In this document: in pieces, positions 58,975-64,000 of the stretch
How positions within the stretch are numbered: position 1 is the first letter of the stretch
Layout: each line of letters begins with the position of its first letter
Assembly (NCBI GenBank): GCA_027492035.1
Contig: JAOZFT010000004.1
Span: 96,001-160,000 of the forward strand
Direction of reading: 5' to 3'
DNA: 64,000 bases
Origin: Thermoproteota archaeon
Lineage (GTDB): Archaea > Korarchaeota > JAOZGF01 > JAOZFZ01
Translations under genes and position numbers: made by a program
The notes under the pieces: model-generated
The model's input: only the letters and a program-made list of their open reading frames with translations
What the model was told of the DNA's origin: nothing
Database searches by the model: none

Positions 58975-61176
58975 ATGCCAAGGATAGAGATTGAATCCCT
59001 AAGAGAACTTATGCAGCAAAAGGAGAGAATAAGGAACATAGGAATAATTGCCCACATTGATCATGGAAAAACCACTATGTCAGATAGTTTATTAGCTGCT
59101 GCAGGTATTCTCTCACCCAGAATAGCTGGAGTAGCTAGAAAATTAGACTACTTAGAAGTTGAGCAAAAAAGAGGAATAACAATAAAGAGTGCTAACATCT
59201 CCCTCTTGCATGAAGTGAATGGGAAAAAATATGTCATAAACTTAGTGGATACACCGGGACACGTTGATTTTACTGGACATGTAACCAGAGCACTTAGAGT
59301 TATTGACGGAGCTATTTGTGTTGTTGATGCCGTAGAGGAAGTGATGGTTCAAACTGAAACTGTTACGCGGCAAGCATTAGAGATGCGAGTTAAACCTACC
59401 CTCTTCATAAACAAGGTTGATAGGTTAATTACGGAGCTTAAACTTAAACCCCAAGAAATCCAGAAGAAGATAGAAAGGATAATAAAGAGCTATAATAATT
59501 TAATAGATATTTATGCGGAACCTGAATATAAGGAAAAGTGGAAAATTAATTTTATGGAAGGCAATGTTTCATTCGGTTCAGCACTTGATAAGTGGGGCTT
59601 AACTTTTGATATAACCCAGAATAAGGGGATAAAGTTTTCAGATATAATAAAGGCTTACGAAGAAGAGAAAGTAGGTGAACTTCAAGAGAAGTTACCTCTT
59701 CATGAAGCAATACTTGACATGGTAATAAAACATTTACCGAATCCGGCTGAAGCCCAAAAGTACAGAATCGAAAGCCTTTGGAAGGGGGATTTAAATAGTG
59801 AACTTGGACAAGCTATGCTTAATTGCGACGAGGATGGACCTTTGGCAATAGCTGTCAATAAAATTAACATAGACCCACATGCAGGTGTAATAGCTACAGG
59901 CAGAGTGTTGTCAGGCACTGTTAGAGGGGGGGATGAAGTGTTTCTGTTAATGGCCAGAAGTAAACATAGAATTCAACAAGTTTCACTTTACATGGGTGCA
60001 GATCGTGAAATAGTGGACGCCATACCAGCCGGAAACATAGTTGCATTGCTAGGCTTGCCAACAGCACGGGCTGGAGAAACTATAGTGACACCGCAGTACT
60101 CAGATTACCCTCCATTTGAAAAAATAAAATATGTAACAGAGCCTGTTGTTACTGTAGCTATCGAACCTAAAAGACCTGCAGATTTACCTAAACTTATAGA
60201 TCACATAAGAAAAGTGTCAATTGAGGACCCTAACTTGGTTTACACAATTAATGAAGAAACAGGCGAAACCTTGATTTCAGGAATGGGAGAGCTTCACATG
60301 GAAATTGTTATAAATAATATAAGGGAATCTGGAATCGAGATAGTGACGTCGCCACCCGTGGTTGTGTACCGCGAGACAGTGAAAGGAAAATCTTATCAAC
60401 CAGTACTTGCGAAATCACCAAATAAACACAACAGATTTTGGCTAGTTGCAGAGCCATTAAATCAAGAAACAATTAAGCTGCTTGAGACAGGAGAAGTAAC
60501 TGATGAAATGGCTTGGAGAAAAAGAGCTAAAATTTTGAGAGAGAAGGCTAATTGGTCAGCTGAGGATGCACGTAACATTTGGGTGATTGACGAGTACTTA
60601 AACATTTTTGTAAACAAAACTTCAGGAGTTCAGTACCTTGAAGAGGTGAAAGAAATGATAATAAGTGCTTTCAGATGGGCTACGAAGGAGGGCCCTTTAT
60701 GTAGGGAACCTTTGAGAGGGGTGAAAGTGAACTTAGTTGACATTCAAATTCATGAAGATCCTGTACATAGGGGACCTGCTCAAGTAATGCCTGCCATTAG
60801 AAGATCAGTTTACGGTGCAGTTTTATCTGCTCAGCCATGTTTACTAGAACCTATTTACAAAATACAAGTTACAGTTCCTCCGGACATGGTTGGTAAAATC
60901 ATAGGGGTTCTTACCACGAAGAGAGGGAGAGTTGAGAAAATAGAGGAAAGAGGGCATCTTTCGGTCATTCACGGCTTTATCCCAGTAGCTGAAACCATAG
61001 GCTTCGCTAGTGTAATGAGGCAAGCATCAAGCGGCAAGGCTTTTTGGCAAAATACATTCTCACATTGGGAGTTGCTTCCCGAAAAATTAACAAGGGATTT
61101 GATAATTAAGATAAGGAAAAGGAAAGGACTGAAACCAGAGGTTCCACGCGCTGAGGAATATATGGATAAACTTTAA
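58975..61176 (+). CDS. fusA: Elongation factor 2
   Basis: AHIDHGKTT, RGITI, DTPGH, NKVD, intact diphthamide loop HEDPVHRG. Confidence 0.97.
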   Translation: MPRIEIESLRELMQQKERIRNIGIIAHIDHGKTTMSDSLLAAAGILSPRIAGVARKLDYLEVEQKRGITIKSANISLLHEVNGKKYVINLVDTPGHVDFTGHVTRALRVIDGAICVVDAVEEVMVQTETVTRQALEMRVKPTLFINKVDRLITELKLKPQEIQKKIERIIKSYNNLIDIYAEPEYKEKWKINFMEGNVSFGSALDKWGLTFDITQNKGIKFSDIIKAYEEEKVGELQEKLPLHEAILDMVIKHLPNPAEAQKYRIESLWKGDLNSELGQAMLNCDEDGPLAIAVNKINIDPHAGVIATGRVLSGTVRGGDEVFLLMARSKHRIQQVSLYMGADREIVDAIPAGNIVALLGLPTARAGETIVTPQYSDYPPFEKIKYVTEPVVTVAIEPKRPADLPKLIDHIRKVSIEDPNLVYTINEETGETLISGMGELHMEIVINNIRESGIEIVTSPPVVVYRETVKGKSYQPVLAKSPNKHNRFWLVAEPLNQETIKLLETGEVTDEMAWRKRAKILREKANWSAEDARNIWVIDEYLNIFVNKTSGVQYLEEVKEMIISAFRWATKEGPLCREPLRGVKVNLVDIQIHEDPVHRGPAQVMPAIRRSVYGAVLSAQPCLLEPIYKIQVTVPPDMVGKIIGVLTTKRGRVEKIEERGHLSVIHGFIPVAETIGFASVMRQASSGKAFWQNTFSHWELLPEKLTRDLIIKIRKRKGLKPEVPRAEEYMDKL

Positions 61177-61190
61177 ATGAAAGGATACCT

Positions 61191-61889
61191 ATGAAACCTC
61201 AAGCTGAAAAAATAATAAGGGAAGTACTAGATTCAGGAAGAAAGAACTTAACTGAACATGAGTCAAAGGAACTGCTTAGAGCATACAACATCCCAGTTTC
61301 AGTAACGAAAGTAGCTAAAACAGCATCAGAAGCAGTAAAAATAGCTGAAGAGATAGGTTATCCAGTGGTGTTGAAGGTACTATCTCCAAAAATCATCCAT
61401 AAATCAGATATTCAAGGCGTACAGGTCAATCTCCGAAACAAAGGAGAGGTGCTCCAAGCTTTTAAGAGAATAATGGAAAATGCAAAACTGAAAGTTGCAG
61501 AAAAAGAAATCTGGGGAGTGACGGTTCAAAAGTATTACCTTAAAGGAAGAGAGGCAATAGTTGGGGTAATAAATGACCCACAATTTGGGCCAACTTTAAT
61601 GTTTGGGCTAGGGGGTATTTTCGTCGAAATCTATCGCGACGTTTCCTTCAGAGTTTTACCTGTAACTTCAGAGGATATAGAAGAAATGATAAAGGAAGTT
61701 AAGGGATACAAAATTTTAGAGGGGTACAGAGGAGAAAAACCTATTGATTTTTCTTTATTAAAAGACCTTCTGTTTAAAGTTTCAGAAATGGCGCTCAATA
61801 TTCCTTTAATAAAAGAAATGGATTTAAACCCTGTTGCACTTTATGAAAATTTAGTTGTAGTATTGGATGCACGCGTAGTTTTGAAATAA
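61191..61889 (+). CDS. ADP-forming acyl-CoA synthetase beta subunit (ATP-grasp)
   Basis: GYPVVLK..S..I.HKSD, DPQFGP..MFG.GG, EMDLNP, DAR. Confidence 0.9.
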   Translation: MKPQAEKIIREVLDSGRKNLTEHESKELLRAYNIPVSVTKVAKTASEAVKIAEEIGYPVVLKVLSPKIIHKSDIQGVQVNLRNKGEVLQAFKRIMENAKLKVAEKEIWGVTVQKYYLKGREAIVGVINDPQFGPTLMFGLGGIFVEIYRDVSFRVLPVTSEDIEEMIKEVKGYKILEGYRGEKPIDFSLLKDLLFKVSEMALNIPLIKEMDLNPVALYENLVVVLDARVVLK

Positions 61890-61910
61890 AAGAAAAGGGG
61901 GGGATAAGAA

Positions 61911-62120
61911 ATACCTATAAAAGCATCAACCCTATATGATAAAGAAGTATATACTTTAAATGCAGCATTTGTGGGTGTTGTAGATCACTTGATTTTTGAC
62001 ACAGTCCAAGGTCGTATTTCCTCTCTGGAGGTAATAACTAAAGATAAGAGAAGAGCGAAAATACCTTTCCATCTGGTTTCGAAAGTAAAAGATATTATTC
62101 TTCTCAAGTCAGCCCTATAG
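61911..62120 (+). CDS. PRC-barrel domain protein (probable ATA start, not in ORF track)
   Basis: (M)PIKASTLYDKEVYTLNAAFVGVVDHLIFDTVQGRISSL...IPFHLVSKVKDIILLK; G-rich SD upstream. Confidence 0.75.
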   Translation: MPIKASTLYDKEVYTLNAAFVGVVDHLIFDTVQGRISSLEVITKDKRRAKIPFHLVSKVKDIILLKSAL

Positions 62121-62146
62121 CAGTTAAGCAGTACACGGGGACCAGG

Positions 62147-63016
62147 ATGCTAGAGGAATATTATAAACAGTTGGATATTTTACAAGACAAACTTTTGGGA
62201 CAAAAAGAAGAAAGAGAAAAGCATCTTAAAGAATTGAAAGAAATAAGAAAGAAAGAAAAGGAATTGAAAGAAAAATATAAAGAAATGCTTAAGAAAGCTT
62301 TGGAAATGAAGGAAAAAAGGGATGCCTATAACGAACTCGTAAAAAAGGCTAAAGAGAAAAGAGAGAAAGTAAAGGAAAAGTTAAAGGAAATATTAAAAAA
62401 AGCCAGAGAACATAAAGAGCAGTATAGGGATTGTATAAAAAATATCAAAACCCCGGGGAGAGTATTGAGGTCAAAAATAGATAAGATAGAATGGTTAATC
62501 CAAACAAATCCCTTGACTCAAGAACAAGAAAAGAAATTAATTGACCAGCTTAGTAAACTGCAACAAACTTATAAAATGAGACTTGAAGCAAATGCATTGA
62601 AACAAAAAGCATTTGAATACTATGCGGAAGTTGGAAAATTGAAACTGGAGGATAACAAGTTCCATCGAGAGGTGCTGGAAAAAGCAGAATTAGCTCAGAA
62701 GTGCCATGAAACAATGAAAAAATATTTTAAAAAGGTCGACGAAATAAAGGAGGAAATTGATAAAGTAAAAAAGGAAATGCAACCATATATAGAAAAAGTT
62801 AATTACTATCAACAAGAAATGGACAAGATTAGGAACAAAATCCGTGAAATAAGGGAGAAAATACAGGAGGAGAAAAGAAAAATAAAAGAAAAAGAGCAAA
62901 AAACAGTGGAGGACATGAGAAAAAAGAAGTTAAAGGAAGCACTTGAAAAATTAAACAATAAAGAAAAGATATCAATGGAAGAGTTTTTTCTATTGGTTAA
63001 AGAAGGATATTTATGA
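62147..63016 (+). CDS. Archaeal coiled-coil protein (COG1340-like)
   Basis: Lys/Glu heptads, IEW..QT..L..E.EK, K.S.EEF. Confidence 0.8.
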   Translation: MLEEYYKQLDILQDKLLGQKEEREKHLKELKEIRKKEKELKEKYKEMLKKALEMKEKRDAYNELVKKAKEKREKVKEKLKEILKKAREHKEQYRDCIKNIKTPGRVLRSKIDKIEWLIQTNPLTQEQEKKLIDQLSKLQQTYKMRLEANALKQKAFEYYAEVGKLKLEDNKFHREVLEKAELAQKCHETMKKYFKKVDEIKEEIDKVKKEMQPYIEKVNYYQQEMDKIRNKIREIREKIQEEKRKIKEKEQKTVEDMRKKKLKEALEKLNNKEKISMEEFFLLVKEGYL

Positions 63017-64000
63017 AAACGAAAACCTTAATTATTTGTATAGATAGAGATAATGACGTAGGCAAAAAAACAGGTAAGTCAGGGCCAATAATTGGAAGAG
63101 ATGCAAATATAAAGGTAGCTACAGATCTTTTGTTGCAGGATCCAGCTGAATCTGATGCTAATGCCATATTTGCTGCAGTGAAAGTGTATGACAACTTAAA
63201 AAAGGAAGGTGAAGATGTAGAAGTAGCTACAATTACCGGACATGAAAAGAAGGGGTTGGTAGCCGATAAAATTATTAATGAACAATTAAATAAAGTTTTA
63301 TTGGGTTACAATGCAGAAAGAGCTATTGTAGTGACAGATGGAGCTGATGATGAGTTTATTTTACCAATCGTTCAATCCAAGATACCTATATACTCTATGC
63401 AGAGAGTAATTGTTCAACAAAGTCAAGAAATAGAAACTACAGTTATTATATTAATGAATTATATAAAAAGATATGCTAGGATTGTTTTAGGCATTCCAGG
63501 GATTTTTTTCATTGCTGCAGCTATTCTTTATCTCTTGAATCAATTGCAATATCTCTCATCAATGTTCCTGCTTTTAGTTGGTAGTACATTAGCTATTAAA
63601 GGTTTTAAGCTAGATACTGCAGTAAAGAAAATGTTAACCGGAAGAATCGAGTTCTTCACAATGGTTTCAGGGTTAATAATAATTTTTTCAGTTCTTTTCG
63701 CGATTTACCAATCTATATTTACAAAAACAAACCTGTCACTTTCCACCCTCTTAATTGAAACCTCATCCACTTATTTATGGTTAATTATTTTAGGTTTTGT
63801 TGTTTGGTTCTCCGGTGGAGTTGTAGAGGCTTTAATAAAGGGGTCGAAAGTTGTCTGGGATAGAGTAACTCTTATAGTTACAACTGTAACATTGTACCCG
63901 GTATTATTGAATTCCCTACCTATACTCTTATTTGGTTACTCGCCAGAGAGACTTTTAAATTTACTAATTTATGTCATGCTCGGGATGGTGGTAGTATCAA
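63013..64000 (+). CDS. DUF373 family membrane protein (partial)
   Basis: LIICIDRDNDVG.K, DP.ESDAN, VTDGADDE, then TM helices. Confidence 0.88.
   Translation, partial: MKTKTLIICIDRDNDVGKKTGKSGPIIGRDANIKVATDLLLQDPAESDANAIFAAVKVYDNLKKEGEDVEVATITGHEKKGLVADKIINEQLNKVLLGYNAERAIVVTDGADDEFILPIVQSKIPIYSMQRVIVQQSQEIETTVIILMNYIKRYARIVLGIPGIFFIAAAILYLLNQLQYLSSMFLLLVGSTLAIKGFKLDTAVKKMLTGRIEFFTMVSGLIIIFSVLFAIYQSIFTKTNLSLSTLLIETSSTYLWLIILGFVVWFSGGVVEALIKGSKVVWDRVTLIVTTVTLYPVLLNSLPILLFGYSPERLLNLLIYVMLGMVVVS

Noticed and set aside
1752-59918. Many antisense ORFs in the track (e.g. 1752-2012, 5410-5871, 6823-7296, 31635-32201, 32460-33188, 48742-49161, 53492-53980)
   Set aside because: Shadow frames opposite well-supported genes; Ser/Phe/Ile-rich, with no recognisable motifs
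58975-61176. EF-2 as a non-canonical paralog lacking diphthamide
   Set aside because: The HRG diphthamide motif is intact and dph5 is present in the window
1-64000. CRISPR array, rRNA or intact transposase
   Set aside because: No regularly spaced repeats, long GC-rich structural RNA or transposase motifs seen

Overview
AT-rich archaeal chromosome segment, mostly housekeeping genes. The gene set is TACK/Asgard-type (eS30, eS8, eL40, TFE-beta, SmAP3, Nop5/fibrillarin, Gar1, Dph5, aEF-2); the exact lineage cannot be determined from this window. It also carries a corrinoid/URO-D-like methyltransferase module, a beta-oxidation/ETF cluster, the porCDAB operon, two Wzy-like membrane proteins, three intron-containing tRNAs (Lys with two introns, Arg, Val) and a decayed integrase/ABC-ATPase relic beside tRNA-Lys. 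Main finding: the ribosomal protein eS30 gene at the head of the rps30e-nop5-fibrillarin-trm1 cluster is missed by the ORF track because it is interrupted by a 17-nt insert with an in-frame stop (23412-23428). The insert folds into a canonical bulge-helix-bulge motif, and cutting at the standard positions restores the conserved SHGSL..AGKVR sequence exactly. This predicts tRNA-endonuclease-type mRNA splicing in a gene other than cbf5. Other observations: a perfect 125-bp repeat between the CDC48 D1 and D2 domains, apparent CTG and ATA start codons, unannotated Cys-rich microproteins, and an ETF-alpha with degenerate FAD motifs. All calls come from manual reading and motif recall; no database searches were run.
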